64,000 bases of DNA, from NCBI GenBank assembly GCA_036785375.1, contig JAWMAR010000892.1:310001-374000 (forward strand). Reading direction: 5' to 3'. Position 1 is the first letter of the stretch. Each line of letters starts with the position of its first letter. The translations under genes and the position numbers were made by a program. Positions 12,808-24,097 of this stretch are shown here, in pieces. Below the pieces are notes generated by a model, which had not been told where the DNA came from, did no database searches, and worked only from the letters and a program-made list of their open reading frames with translations. This DNA is from Leucoraja ocellata. Its lineage: Eukaryota.

Positions 12808-13042
12808 TGTTATGTATTGGTGCTGGAAACTGACTTAAATAAGACTCGGAACACACAGGTATTTAACAAGCTTCTTGTATTGAAATTGCCATCTTGAGTC
12901 TCTCTGCACATGCGTACAATTGCACAAGACATTCCAATATGCTAATCATATTCTCATACACAACATTTCCCCATCATAAATCCATGCTGACATCTCCACT
13001 GGGCACAGGAACACAGGTTCCGTAGCCCGACCAGGGATTGCA
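12808..13042 (-). mobile_element. Single Gypsy LTR (~235 bp) flanked by a PPT and a PBS
   Basis: Minus strand TGCAAT...ATAACA, preceded by purine tract AGGAAAGGAGAGGGGAAGAAA and followed by PBS-like TGGAGACGAG (12795-12804), then a leader leading to the gag remnant. Confidence 0.55.
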
Positions 13043-13239
13043 TTTCTTCCCCTCTCCTTTCCTTAGCCTAGCTTTCCAATTAAGTCCTGAAGACTTCTTG
13101 CAAACACGTGAGAGGCTTTGAAAAGTTGCTCACCTGGCCTTGCCTTTCCCCTTCACCAGCCAGCCAGCCATCCAGCTGCTTGCTGCCTCTCCTCCTCAGC
13201 CTTAAACCTGACTCGTGACAAATCCTTAAAGGCCTTGTC

Positions 13240-14870
13240 ATTACCTCTGGTGCCACCGAAGCCGAAGGGAGGAATGTGCACACATTCTCGCTGTCCGAGC
13301 ACGACGTGAGGAGGGCTCTGACACGGGTGAACACGAGAAAAGCTGCAGGCTCCGATGGCATCTCGGGGCGAGTACTCAAGTCCTGTGCTACGCAGCTAGC
13401 TCCAGTGCTCACTACATTATTCAACCTCTCCCTGGACAAGTCCGTGGTCCCTGCCTGCTTCAAAAAATCCATCATTGTACCGGTACCAAAAAATGCCTCC
13501 CCAGCCTGTCTGAATGACTACCGTCCGGTGGCCCTTACCTCGGTAGTCATGAAATGCTTTGAGAGGCTGGTGAAGAATCATATCTGCCCCTTCCTCCCTC
13601 GGAACATGGACCCATTGCAGTTCGCATACCGTCCGAACAGGTCCACGGACGATGCGGTCTCCCAGGTCTTGCACACCGCTCTCTCCCATCTGGACAGCCA
13701 GAAGGGGGGCTACGTGAGGATGCTGTTCATAGACTACAGTTCAGCCTTCAACACGATAGTCCCCACCAGACTGGCCGGGAAGCTAATGGAATTGGGGCTC
13801 AACACCTCCCTGTGTGCCTGGGTCCTGGACTTTCTCACCGCCAGGCCCCAGGTAGTCAAGATGGGAGGGAATACATCGGAGTCCCTCACCCTGAGCACAG
13901 AATCGCCCCAGGGTTGCGTCCTCAGCCCCCTATTGTACTCCCTGTACACACATGACTGTGTGGCTAGGTTCAGCTCCAATTCAATAATTAAGTTTGCTGA
14001 TGACACTGTGGTGGTGGGCCTGATCTCAGACAACGACGAGAAGGCCTACCGGGAGGAGGTGGCTGATCTAGCACTCTGGTGCCAGGATAACAGCCTCCTC
14101 TTGAACATCAAAAAAACGAAGGAGCTGATCATGGACTTTAGGAGGGCAAATCATCCGAGGACGTACACTCCATTGAGGATAAATGGGGATCCTGTGGATA
14201 GGGTGAACTGTTTTAAATATCTGGGAGTCCACATCTCTGAGGATATGACATGGGCATCACACGCCTCAGCACTCGTGAGTAAGGCAAGGCAGCGCCTTTA
14301 CCACCTCAGGCAATTGATGAAATTCAGAGTGTCTCCGAGGATCCTCCAGTGCTTCTACGCAGCGGCGGTGGAAAGCATCTTGTCCGGGAACATTACCATC
14401 TGGTTTGGGAATTGCTCTGCCAAGGACAAGAAGGCTCTGCAGAGAGTAGTGCGTTCGGCCGAACGCACTATGGGAACTTCACTCACCCCCCTGCAGGAAC
14501 TATACAACAGGAGGTGCAACTCCAGAGCAAACAAAATCATGGGAGACCCCTTCCACCCCTGCAACGGACTGTTCCAGCTGCTACGGTCAGGCAAACGCCT
14601 CCGTTGCCTGCGGTGAGAACAGAGAGGTTGAGAAGGAGTTTCTTCCCAGAGACAATTCGGACTGTAAACGCCTATCTCACCAGGGACTATCTCTACAGAA
14701 TGTTTTTCCTTCCACTATTTATTATGTAAAAGAATATGTGTGTTATGATTGTGTTTATAATTTGTTTGGTTGTTTTGTTGTTTGTCTTTTGCACAAAAGT
14801 CTGCGAGCATTGCCACTTTCATTTCACTGCACATCTCGTACGTGTATGTGACAAATAAATTTGACTTGAC
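13240..14870 (+). mobile_element. 5'-truncated Rex1/Babar-like LINE; RT ORF 13276-14616
   Basis: [50 protein letters not shown]; 3'UTR ends AATAAATTTGACTTGAC. Confidence 0.9.
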
Positions 14871-14909
14871 TAGACCCACGCACCCTCCGACCCATCCAGG
14901 CACACTAGC

Positions 14910-14910
<1 letters not shown>

Positions 14911-14955
<45 letters not shown>
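14911..14955 (+). repeat. (ACAG)n microsatellite
   Basis: About 11 tandem ACAG units. Confidence 0.95.
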
Positions 14956-15141
14956 GGCCTTGTCAATACACAGCCGACAGCACAGTGCGCCGGCCGCCCT
15001 CCAGACCACGCTCCCAGAACGTGCGGTCAGGGCTTCTGTCGGGGGGACGGGTCCGCCACATTGACCAAACCATGGCTGGCCCTCCGGCTGCTCAATGGTG
15101 CTAAATTCACCCCTGCCCCCGTCAGAGTCAGTGAGTCCTAC

Positions 15142-15330
15142 CTTAGCGGTGTGGTACTCGCTGTGGTTGACGTGCAGCTCAGTCTCATCTCTTCAGACCA
15201 ACATCACCCCGATTGTGGCGACTTGATTGGCAGAGTCGACAATTGTGACTTTGAAGAATTTGCTGAAGATTTTTTTCTCCTTCAGGAAGTTTGGGTTGAA
15301 ATGCGTCCTCTTTTCCCTTGAACGTATCCA
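15142..15330 (-). pseudogene. Candidate orphan 189-nt exon of an unidentified gene, one in-frame TGA
   Basis: Acceptor CCTTCCTTTATTTCACCAG, donor AAG|GTAGGA, length 63 codons: WIRSREKRTHFNPNFLKEKKIFSKFFKVTIVDSANQVATIGVMLV*RDETELHVNHSEYHTAK. No family recognised. Confidence 0.3.
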
Positions 15331-15470
15331 CTGGTGAAATAAAGGAAGGTTGACTTGAGCATTTGACTTGAGCAGTCCGTCAACACAGACACGCACGCAC
15401 ACAGACGCAGAGTGAGAGAGGGCAGCAGGCAGACACGCAGCTTTTGAGCAAGCGTGAGGAGGAATTTTTG

Positions 15471-15485
15471 TCTTTTCTTTTGAAC
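15471..15485 (-). terminator. snRNA 3' box-like element
   Basis: GTTCAAAAGAAAAGA about 21 nt downstream of the U2 3' end resembles the 3' box consensus GTTYN(0-3)AAARNNAGA. Confidence 0.55.
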
Positions 15486-15506
15486 TTTGAAAATCTCCCA
15501 AAAGGG

Positions 15507-15657
15507 AAGTGCACCGTTCCCAGAGGCACTGCAATACTGGGTCGATGCGTGGAGTGGACGGAGCAAGCCCCTATTCCATCTCCCTGTTCCAAAAATCAAT
15601 TTAATATATGGTCCCTAGATAAGGGACGTATCAGATATTAAACTGATAAGAACAGAT
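15507..15657 (-). ncRNA. RNU2: U2 snRNA gene, nt 38 to 3' end only (first 37 nt replaced by an insertion)
   Basis: Minus strand ATCTGTTCTTATCAGTTTAATATCTGATACGTCC...ATTTTTGG (Sm site)...GCTTGCTCCGTCCACTCCACGCATCGACC...ATTGCAGT...GAACGGTGCAC matches vertebrate U2 from A38 onward. Confidence 0.97.
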
Positions 15658-16169
15658 TTTTTTTTCTTTTTTCTTTTACCCCATTATCTCCACACATTTA
15701 TTGTTTCACAAAGAGCAAGCTAAACATTTATCCCCGGCGGTTTGAAACAAGGCCTTCGACCCGATCTGAGACGACACTCTTAAATCAAACAACCCCTTCC
15801 CTGCTGTTCCCCGAAGAGCCTCCATTTTTCTGGAGCGTCACCATAATGGTCCCCCCCTCACCTACGATGCGGCCACCTGGGTGAGGGGTTCCTCCAGGTA
15901 CTGGACTAAAGCCTCGACCTTAGCCTGCAACATGCCGAATCCCACGGTCTCACGGGCGTAGATACAGCAGCAGGTTGGCCATCCTCGTGTTGGCCACTTG
16001 GCCCTCCATGCAGTCCATGAGGATGAACCGGAGCGGGTCCTCGTTGAAGGCCATGTGCCCGTTCTTGGCGTACGCTGCCCAGATGTTGCTGGCGATGGCG
16101 GCCGTTACCCGAGCGTCAGTGTCGCTGTAACCAGCGTAGGCCAGCAACGAACCCTCATTGTTCAACATC
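15658..16169 (-). pseudogene. LAMTOR2: Processed LAMTOR2 retrocopy, copy 2 (coding part 15862-16169), poly(A) abutting U2 nt 38
   Basis: Same peptide and same 2-nt deletion as copy 1; AATAAA at 15697-15702; A-rich tail about 15657-15677. Confidence 0.93.
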
Positions 16170-17710
16170 GTCCTTCTAAACTCCACAGAGTACAGGCCCA
16201 GTGGAGGAGTAGGCCATTCGGCCCTTCGAGCCAGCACCGCCATTCAATATGATCATGGCTGATATTCCATAATCAGTACCCCGATCCGGCTTTTTCCCCA
16301 TATCCCTTGATTCCCTCAGCCCAAAGAGCTAAATCTAACTCACTTGAAAACATCCAGTGAATTGGCCTCCACTGCCTGCTGTGGCAGCGAATTCCACTGA
16401 TTCACAACTCTCTGGGTGAAAACGTTTTTCCTCATCTCAGTCCTAACAGGCCAATCACTATTCTTATACTGTGACTCCTGGTTCTGGATGCCCCCAACAC
16501 AGGGAATAGTGCTGCATCTAGCCTGTCCAAACCTTTAAGAATTTTATATGTTTCTATATGATATCCTCTCATCCTTCTAAATTCCAGCGAATACAAGCCC
16601 AGTCGACCCATTCTTTCATCATATGTCAGTCCCGCCATTCCGGGAATTAACCTGGTGAACCTACGCTGCACTCCCTCATTAGCAATAATATCCTTCCTCA
16701 AATTAGGAGACAAAATTGCACACGATACTCCAGGTGCGGTCTCACCAGGGCCCTATACAACTGCAGTAGGACCTCCTTGCTCCTAAACTCAGATCCTCTC
16801 ACAATGAAGCTTTCTTCACTGCCTGCTGTATCTGCATGCTTACTTTCAGTGACTAATGTACAAGCACACTCAGGTCTCGTTGCACCTCCCCTTCTAAACT
16901 TGACAACATTCAGATAATAATCTGCCATCCTGTTCTTCCACCAAAGTGGATAACCTCACATTTATCCACATTATATTGCACCTGGCCATTCACCCAACCT
17001 ATCCCAAATCACCCTGCAGCCACATAGCATCCTCCTTGCAGCTCACACTGCCACCCAGCTTTGGGTCATCCGCAAACTTGGAGATTGCATTTAACTCCCT
17101 CGTCTGCTGCCCTTATCTCTACTCCAGCTCCCCACGGGCCTCCACCAGCAACTCCGCCGACCCCCGCCTCTCCACCGGCCACCAGTGGGTTAGAACCGTC
17201 ACCTCACCAGAGTTCCAGCACCAGGCCCACAACCTCCACCATGCAGACAGCACGTGGTCTGACTCTGCTGGGGCCCAGTGCTCTCCCCACACCTCCCCTT
17301 ACAGGGAAAACCCATCAGTGGTGATGACTCTGCTGGGTCCTAGTGCCCCCCCCCCACAGGGAAGACCCATACAGGAAATTCCCAGCCCCTCTCCTTCAGC
17401 TCCCGGGCCCCCTTTTGGACTCCGGGCCCGGGTATGATGTACCCCCAGCAACCCCCCGCTCATAGGCCCTGTGTATACGTACACGCATATGTGAACAAAA
17501 CACTGTGTGTGGTATGTATCTTTGTTAGGTTCCTAAAAATGAGCTCAACAAATTTATGTTATTTACAACCCCTTCATGACCACCGGAAAAACCCCAAACG
17601 ACCCCCATGTGGGTCACGACTCCCAGGTTAAGACCCTTGCAAACCTCCAGACTCTCTTTGCAAATCCACACTCTGCAAAGAGGTGGGCAACCGTGTCCTC
17701 TCCATAGCAG
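15675..17710 (+). repeat. Direct duplicate of 1-2042 (LAMTOR2 + CR1 + unassigned segment + Tx1 tip)
   Basis: Colinear near-identity at offset ~15,674; homology ends at 2042/17710 (..CTCCATAGCAG). Confidence 0.95.
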
Positions 17711-18024
17711 GCTACTAATTAATCACCTGGACAGGAGTAAGTACAACCTTGCATTAGTTTCCTTGCCACTGGCTGCTCACTCTGACTGCTGTGCACATCA
17801 CCCATGATGAACTTCACCAGAACTGTGCCGTGCAAGGTCCTGGCCACAGACATAACATGTGCAGGAAAGAACTACAGATGATGGTTTAAATCGAAGATGG
17901 ACATGAAATGCTGGAGTAACTCTGCGGGACAGGCAGCATCTCTGGAGAGAAAGAATGGGTGACGTTTTGGGTCGAGACCCGTCTGCAGATGTCTGAAGAA
18001 AGGTTTCGACCTGAAACATCGCCC

Positions 18025-18238
18025 TGTAATGCGTGGGTCCCAAAATGAGGCAAGTAGTCTGAAGTTTGAGAAGCACTTTACTTTATTTCCTCCCGGTTCA
18101 GGGGAAGACGAAACCAGGGAAAGATGGCACCCAAACCCTGCCTTTTATACCCTCCGGCTAAGGACCGCCTCCGGACTGCGCCACTCCTGTGCCGAGGGGT
18201 TCGGCAGTATAATGGCACGACCCTTAGGAGCCGCCACA
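18025..18238 (-). repeat. 3' LTR
   Basis: Two visible mismatches versus 22404-22617; TATAAAA and AATAAA on the minus strand. Confidence 0.95.
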
Positions 18239-18239
18239 G

Positions 18240-21200
18240 GACCCCCCCCAGAACCAGAAGCACAAAACGCACCGGCGGGCGCACGACCCGGCCGGCCCGC
18301 GTGCGGAAGTCAGCAGATCCCGGGGCTTGCGGGGGCGTAGGTGGAGGGACAGGTCGAGGGGCCGGTGGGAGGACAGGTGGAGTGACAGGTGGAGGGAGTC
18401 GTGAGGGGGGGCGCCCTCGGGGCCGGGGTTGAGCAACCAGCACCGGCTGATCAATGTCCAGGCGCGCTGGCTTTAAACGGTCAATCGACTCGGCCTCCGG
18501 CCGGCTCCCCATGTCCAGGACAAAAGTCAACTGCCCGTGTTCCAGCACCCGGAACGGGCCCTCGTACGGCCTCTGGAGTGGCGTCCGGTGGGCATCACGG
18601 CGCAGGAAGACGTATGGGCAGTCCGTGAGGGCCATTGGCACGTGTGGGCGAAATGTCCCATGGCGGGACGTCGGGACGGGTGCGAGCCTGCCAACTCGCT
18701 CGCGAAGCCGTTGAAGGGTGGAGGAGGGCGTTTCCTGCTGCTCCGGCGCAGACGGCACGAACTCCCCGGGCACTGTGAGTGTCGACCCGTACACAAGCTC
18801 CGCCGATGATGAGGCCAAGTCTTCTTTGGGAGTGGTCCGGATGCCCAGCATGACCCACGGCAACTCGTCCATCCAGTCCGGGCCGGTGAGTCGCGCCTTC
18901 AATGCCGCCTTCAGCTGCCGGTGGAACCTCTCCACCAGACCGTTAGCCTGCGGGTGGTAAGCCGTGGTGTGGTGCAGCTGCACCCCCAGCAAGCGAGCCA
19001 TGGCTGACCACAGCTCGGAGGTGAACTGTGGCCCCCGGTCGGAGGAGATGTGCGCCGGCACCCCGAAGCGAGCAATCCAGTGCGCGGACAACGCACGAGC
19101 ACACGTAGCCGATGAGGTGTCAGCCAACGGAATGGCCTCCGGCCACCGCGTGAAGCGGTCCACCATGGTCAAAAGGTGGGTGATGCCCCGGGACGGTGGA
19201 AGGGGCCCCACAATGTCCACGTGGAGATGGTCGAACCGCCGGTGAGGTAGACTGAACTCCTGGAGAGGTGCGCGGACATGGCGCTGGATTTTTGCCGTCT
19301 GGCACGGGATGCAGGTGCGAGCCTAATGGGCAACTTGCTTGCGCAGACCGTGCCACATGAAGCGAGCTGCCACCAGTGCCGTTGTCGCCCGGATCGATGG
19401 GTGAGCCAGTCCGTGGATGACCTCGAACACTCTCCGGCGCCAGGTGGCAGGGACGATGGGGCGCGGCTGACCGGACGACACATCGCACAGGATTGTCACA
19501 ACCCCAGGACCGAGAGGGACATCCTCAAGACGGAGGCCGGAGATGGCAGTCCGGTAGGTGGGCACCTCGTCGTCCGTGAGCTGTGCCGCCGCCAGAGCAG
19601 AATAGTCCATTCCGGGCGCCACCTCGAACACGGCATTTATAGCAGGGCGGGACAATGCGTCGGCCACCCGGTTCTCTTTCCCCTTGACGTAGCAGATGGC
19701 TGTGGTGTACTCGGAGATGTAAGCCAACTGCCGCTGCTGACGTGCGGACCAGGGGTCGGAAACCTTTTGCAGGGCGAAAGTGAGCGGTTTATGGTCGGTG
19801 TAGGCGGTGAACGGGCGGCCCTCCAGGAAGTAACGAATATGGCGCACAGCCAGGTACAGAGCCAGGAGCTCACGATCGAACGCGCTGTACTTGGTCTGCG
19901 CGCGGTTGAGGTGCCGACTGAAGAAGGCCAGAGGCCGCCAAACTCCGCCTGTCAGCTGCTCCAGTACAGCACCAACTGCCGACTCCGAGGCGTCCACAGT
20001 GAGAGCAGTTGGGGCATCTTCCCGCGGGTGCACCAGCAGCACGGCCCGAGCAAGGGCCTCCTTCGCGCCGTCGAAAGTTGCCTCCGCCTCGTGGGTCCAC
20101 TCAACGCTCTTTTGCTGCCCACCCGCCAGAAGTTGATACAGGGGCCGCATGATGTGGGCCGCGGATGGCACAAAACGATGGTAGAATGCCACCATGCCGA
20201 CAAATTCCTGCAGGCCACGCACCGTGCGTGGGCGGGGAAACCGACGGATGGCGTCAACCCTGTCAGGCAGGGGAACCGCGCCTTGCGCAGTCACGCGGTG
20301 GCCGAGAAAGTCAATTTCGTTGACCCCAAAACGGCACTTGTCCAGGTTGATGGCCAAACCATGCTCGCTGAGCCGCTGACAGAGCTGTCGAAGGTGAGCG
20401 CAGTGTTCCTGCTGTGAGCGGCTGACCACCAGGATGACACGAATTCGAGGTCACGACACACCCCGTCCATGAGGCGCTGAAAGGCCTGTGCAGCGTTTTT
20501 GAGGCCGAACGGCATCCGAGTAAACTCGTAAAGCCCGAATGGCGTGATGATAGCCGTCTTGGGTACGTCATCCGGGTGAACCGGGATCTGATTATAACCC
20601 TGCACCAGATCCACTTTTGAAAAAAATGTGGCCCCAGCCAAATGGGCCGTGAAGTCCTGGATGTGGGGTACGGGGTATCGATCCGCTGTTGTTGCAGCGT
20701 TCAGCCGTCGGTAATCCCCACAAGGTCGCCAGCCCCCGCTTGACTTAGGGACCATGTGGAGTGGGGACGCCCAAGGGCTGCTCGAAGGGCGGACGATCCC
20801 CAAGGCCTCCATCGTGCGGAATTCCCGCCGTGCCAGATGCAGTTTATCTGGTGGCAGTCGTCGTGCTCGTGCATGGAGTGGTGGGCCGGTAGTCGGGATA
20901 TAATGTACAACTCCGTGGCTGGGGGTTGCTGAATGAAACTGCGGAGTGAGAATGTCCGGGAACGCAGCCAAGATTCGTGCGAATCGGGAGTCCACGGCCG
21001 CCAGTGGCCGTCCCACCGGTTGACCCAAGCGCAACGTGATCGGCTCCATTGTAGTGGCGTTGACCAAACGCTGACGCCCGACGTCCACCATGAGGGAATG
21101 CGTCCGGAGAAAATCGGCCCCGAGCAATGGTTGGGAGACGTCGGCAACGGTGAAGTTCCATGAAAAATGGCAGGAGCCGAGCACGATGGGAACCATGCGC

Positions 21201-21410
21201 AGTCCATATGTGCGGATGGGGCTGCCGTTCGCTGTGGTGAGGACGGGCCCCCGCTTACCGGAACGAATGTCGGCCAGCGAAGGGGGCAGGACGCTGAGCT
21301 CCGCTCCTGTATCCACGAGGAAGCGGGTCCCGGAGCGCCGACCCCAAGCGAAAAGGTGGTGAATTTGGCCGGCCACCGCGGGGACTATTGGCAGCCGGCC
21401 CAGGCGTTTC
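18240..21410 (-). pseudogene. Gypsy pol (protease-RT-RNaseH-integrase), disrupted
   Basis: [91 protein letters not shown] deletion at ~20436 removes YxDD and shifts frame; TAG at 19323-19325. Confidence 0.92.
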
Positions 21411-22374
21411 CCGGGAATGTGCATGGCTGGCGGCATTGTCGTGCTGCAGCACCCCAGCGCTGATGGAAATAGCACCAGCTCCTTGTGTTCGTGCTATTTG
21501 GAGCTTGCCTGCCCCTGCTGGTGATGCCTGCAGCTTGCTGGCGCTGGACTGCAGGTGCAGTACCCCTCACTGCCGCTGGGGGTAATCGAGCGGGCCGTCG
21601 GGCTGGAGCTGTCACTCCTTCCACAGCTCCCCCGCCCCACCGGAGGAAATCGGGAGCTGCTGGGGTGACGTCATCGGCGTGCCTGCCGACGGCCAGCGCG
21701 TTGACGTCATCGGCGTGCCTGCCGACGGCCAGCACGTTGACGTCATCGGCGTGCCTGCCGACGGCCAGCGCGTTGACGTCATTCGGGCGCGTCGACCTCA
21801 GCGCGACCTCGTCTCTGCTGACGCCCAGCGCGCTGACGTCATCAGGGCGCGCCATCCACATGGCGTCGGCGCGCCTCCCGAGGGCCCGAAGGTCGGCAAA
21901 CGAGGCGTCGGTGAGTTGCAACCTAATGTAGGCCGGCAGCAGATGCAGGTAAGTGTACTCGAACAACAGGCACGGCGTGTGCCCGTCTAATAACGCCACC
22001 ATTTCCTTTAGGAGGGTAGACGGCCGCCGGTCGCCCAGGCCACCCATATGCAGGATCCTACCTGCCCGCTCCATCCTACTTAGTCCATAAATTTGGAGCA
22101 GGAGCTGTTTCAGGCCGAGGTATTTATTATTGTCCGGGGGGGCTGCGAGGAAATCCGATACTTCTTCCACCGCATCCTGGTCGAGGGCTCCCACCAGGTA
22201 ATAGAAGCGGGTGGCATCGACCGTGATGCCCCGCAGGTTGAACTGGGCCTCCGCCTGCTGGAACCAGATGAGCGGCCGTGTGGTCCAGAAGCTGGGCAGT
22301 TTTACGGAGACCGCGTCCAGAGACAGGGTCGGGCTGGCGTGTGAGGAGGTAGGGCTTTGTTCTGTCTCCATCAT
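21385..22374 (-). CDS. Gypsy gag (open frame)
   Basis: [42 protein letters not shown]; in-phase G GGA AAC slippery site at 21406-21412 overlapping the start of pol. Confidence 0.85.
   Translation of the reverse strand: MMETEQSPTSSHASPTLSLDAVSVKLPSFWTTRPLIWFQQAEAQFNLRGITVDATRFYYLVGALDQDAVEEVSDFLAAPPDNNKYLGLKQLLLQIYGLSRMERAGRILHMGGLGDRRPSTLLKEMVALLDGHTPCLLFEYTYLHLLPAYIRLQLTDASFADLRALGRRADAMWMARPDDVSALGVSRDEVALRSTRPNDVNALAVGRHADDVNVLAVGRHADDVNALAVGRHADDVTPAAPDFLRWGGGAVEGVTAPARRPARLPPAAVRGTAPAVQRQQAAGITSRGRQAPNSTNTRSWCYFHQRWGAAARQCRQPCTFPGNAWAGCQ
21667..21790. repeat. 36-bp tandem repeat within gag ([12 protein letters not shown] x~3)
   Basis: TTGACGTCATCGGCGTGCCTGCCGACGGCCAGCGCG units. Confidence 0.9.
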
Positions 22375-22403
22375 GATGCCAATGGAGCGTCGGGGGTCAC
22401 CAA

Positions 22404-22617
22404 TGTAGTGCGTGGGTCTCAAAATGAGGCAAGTAGTCTGAAGTTTGAGAAGCACTTTACTTTATTTCCTCCCGGTTCAGGGGAAGACGAAACCAGGGAA
22501 AGATGGCACCCAAACCCTGCCTTTTATACCCTCCGGCTAAGGACCGCCTCCGGACTGCGCCACTCCTGTGCCGAGGGGTTCGGCAGTATAATGGCACGAC
22601 CCTTAGGAGCCGCCACA
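22404..22617 (-). repeat. 5' LTR
   Basis: Pairs with 18025-18238; followed by the PBS on the minus strand. Confidence 0.95.
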
Positions 22618-22699
22618 GCCCATTCTTTCTGTCCACAGATGCTGCCTGTCCCGCTGAGTTACTCCAACATTTTGTGTCTACCTCCCAGTCTTTTTAATG

Positions 22700-22990
22700 T
22701 GTTTAGCTTTTAACTTTAGAGATACAGAGCAGAAACAGACCCTTCGGCCCACCATGTCCGTGCCACCCCGTACACTATCAAACACACGAGGGACAATTTA
22801 CAATTTTTACCAAAGACAATTAATTTACAAACATTCACGTCTTTGGAGTGTGGGAGGAAACTGGAGCACCCGGAGAAAACCCACGTGGTCATGGGGAGAA
22901 AGTACAAACTCCACACAGACAGCACCCGTAGTCAGGATCGAACCCGGGTCTCTGGCGCTGGAAGGCAGCAACTCTACCGCTACACCACCG
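22700..22990 (-). mobile_element. HE1-type tRNA-derived V-SINE
   Basis: A/B-box head (GGTGGTGTAGCGGTAGAG..GGTTCGATCC), V-domain GGGTGCTCCAGTTTCCTCCCACA, CR1-like tail. Confidence 0.8.
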
Positions 22991-23209
22991 AGTTTTACTG
23001 AGATTCACCATGGATTCCTGTAACTGCGGTTGCGAGCTAAAACCACTAGAGGGGGTATGTTACCCAGCCCTCAATATCTCCAATCATTGTTTCCATTTTA
23101 CTCTCAAACTTGCCTGAATAAAATCAGTAATCCCTATTGTATGTTGGCAATCATTATTTGAATCATGCTACATCAATAATGTTCATGGATTCAATGATTG
23201 CATTTCAAT

Positions 23210-23600
23210 TATATCAATGATATGGATGGGAACATACAGGGCAAGATTCGCAAGTTTGCAGATGATACAAAAGAGGGTGGTTTTACAGTGAAGATGGGTG
23301 TGAAAAATTGCAGCAGGAACTTGATCGATTGGCCAGGTGGGCGGAGGAATGGTTGATGCAATTTAAAACAGAGAAGTGTGAGGTGTTGCATTTTGGGAAG
23401 TTTAACATGGGCAGGACCTACACAGTGAATGGTCGGGCTGTGGCTAGTGTTGTAGAGCAGAGGGATCTAGGAGTACAGGTGCATGGTTCCTTGAAGGAGG
23501 AGCCGCAGGTAGATAGGGAGGTCAAAAAGGCTTTTGGCACATTGGCCTTCATCAGTCAGAGTATTGAGTATAAAAGTTAGGAGATTATGTTCATAAGGTC
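23210..23600 (+). mobile_element. CR1 RT fragment
   Basis: KFADDTK..QQELDRLARWAEEWLMQF..KCEVLHFG..RDLGV. Confidence 0.8.
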
Positions 23601-24097
23601 ATAAGTGATAGGATTAGAATTAGGCCATTTGGCCCAACAAGTCTACTCTGCCATTCAATCATGGCTGATCTATCTCTGCCACCTAACCCCATTCTCACGC
23701 CTTCTCCCCATAACTCCTGATACCCGTACTAATCAAGAATCTATCTATCTCTGCCTTAAAAATATACATGGATTTGGCCTCCAAATGGGAGGGTGCCCAC
23801 TCCCATTGGTACGGAACATTTGCATTTTTCAGCTTAAAATTGTGCAATATGGTGCATACTGTAGCGAGTCTTATAACTTACACTTGAATGCAATATATAT
23901 GCTTTAAATTGGATTGGAGCGTTTTTGAAAGGGGGAGGCTGTGCGATCACTGATCACTGGCCTCGGGGGTACCCGGTGAGGGAGTGGAGCAACCGAGTGG
24001 GGAGAGGGTGTGGAAGAAGGGTAGGAACTTTTTGAAATCTCATGTTTTAGTGCACTGTAGAAGTATGATTTCAATGTTTTTTGTATGAAGTATTTTT

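Larger units (their letters stand above)
18025..22617 (-). mobile_element. Full-length CsRn1-clade Ty3/Gypsy LTR retrotransposon (defective)
   Basis: 214-bp LTRs with TG..CA ends; 4-bp TSD GCCC (18021-18024, 22618-22621); tRNA-Trp-type PBS (plus CGTCGGGGGTCACCA, 22388-22402); G-rich PPT next to the 3' LTR; CHCC gag knuckle. Confidence 0.95.

Noticed and set aside
19278-20417. 379-aa plus-strand ORF and other antisense ORFs in the Gypsy element
   Set aside because: Shadow frames of GC-rich pol coding sequence.
21667-21790. CRISPR-like array
   Set aside because: Contiguous coding tandem repeat without unique spacers, in eukaryotic DNA.
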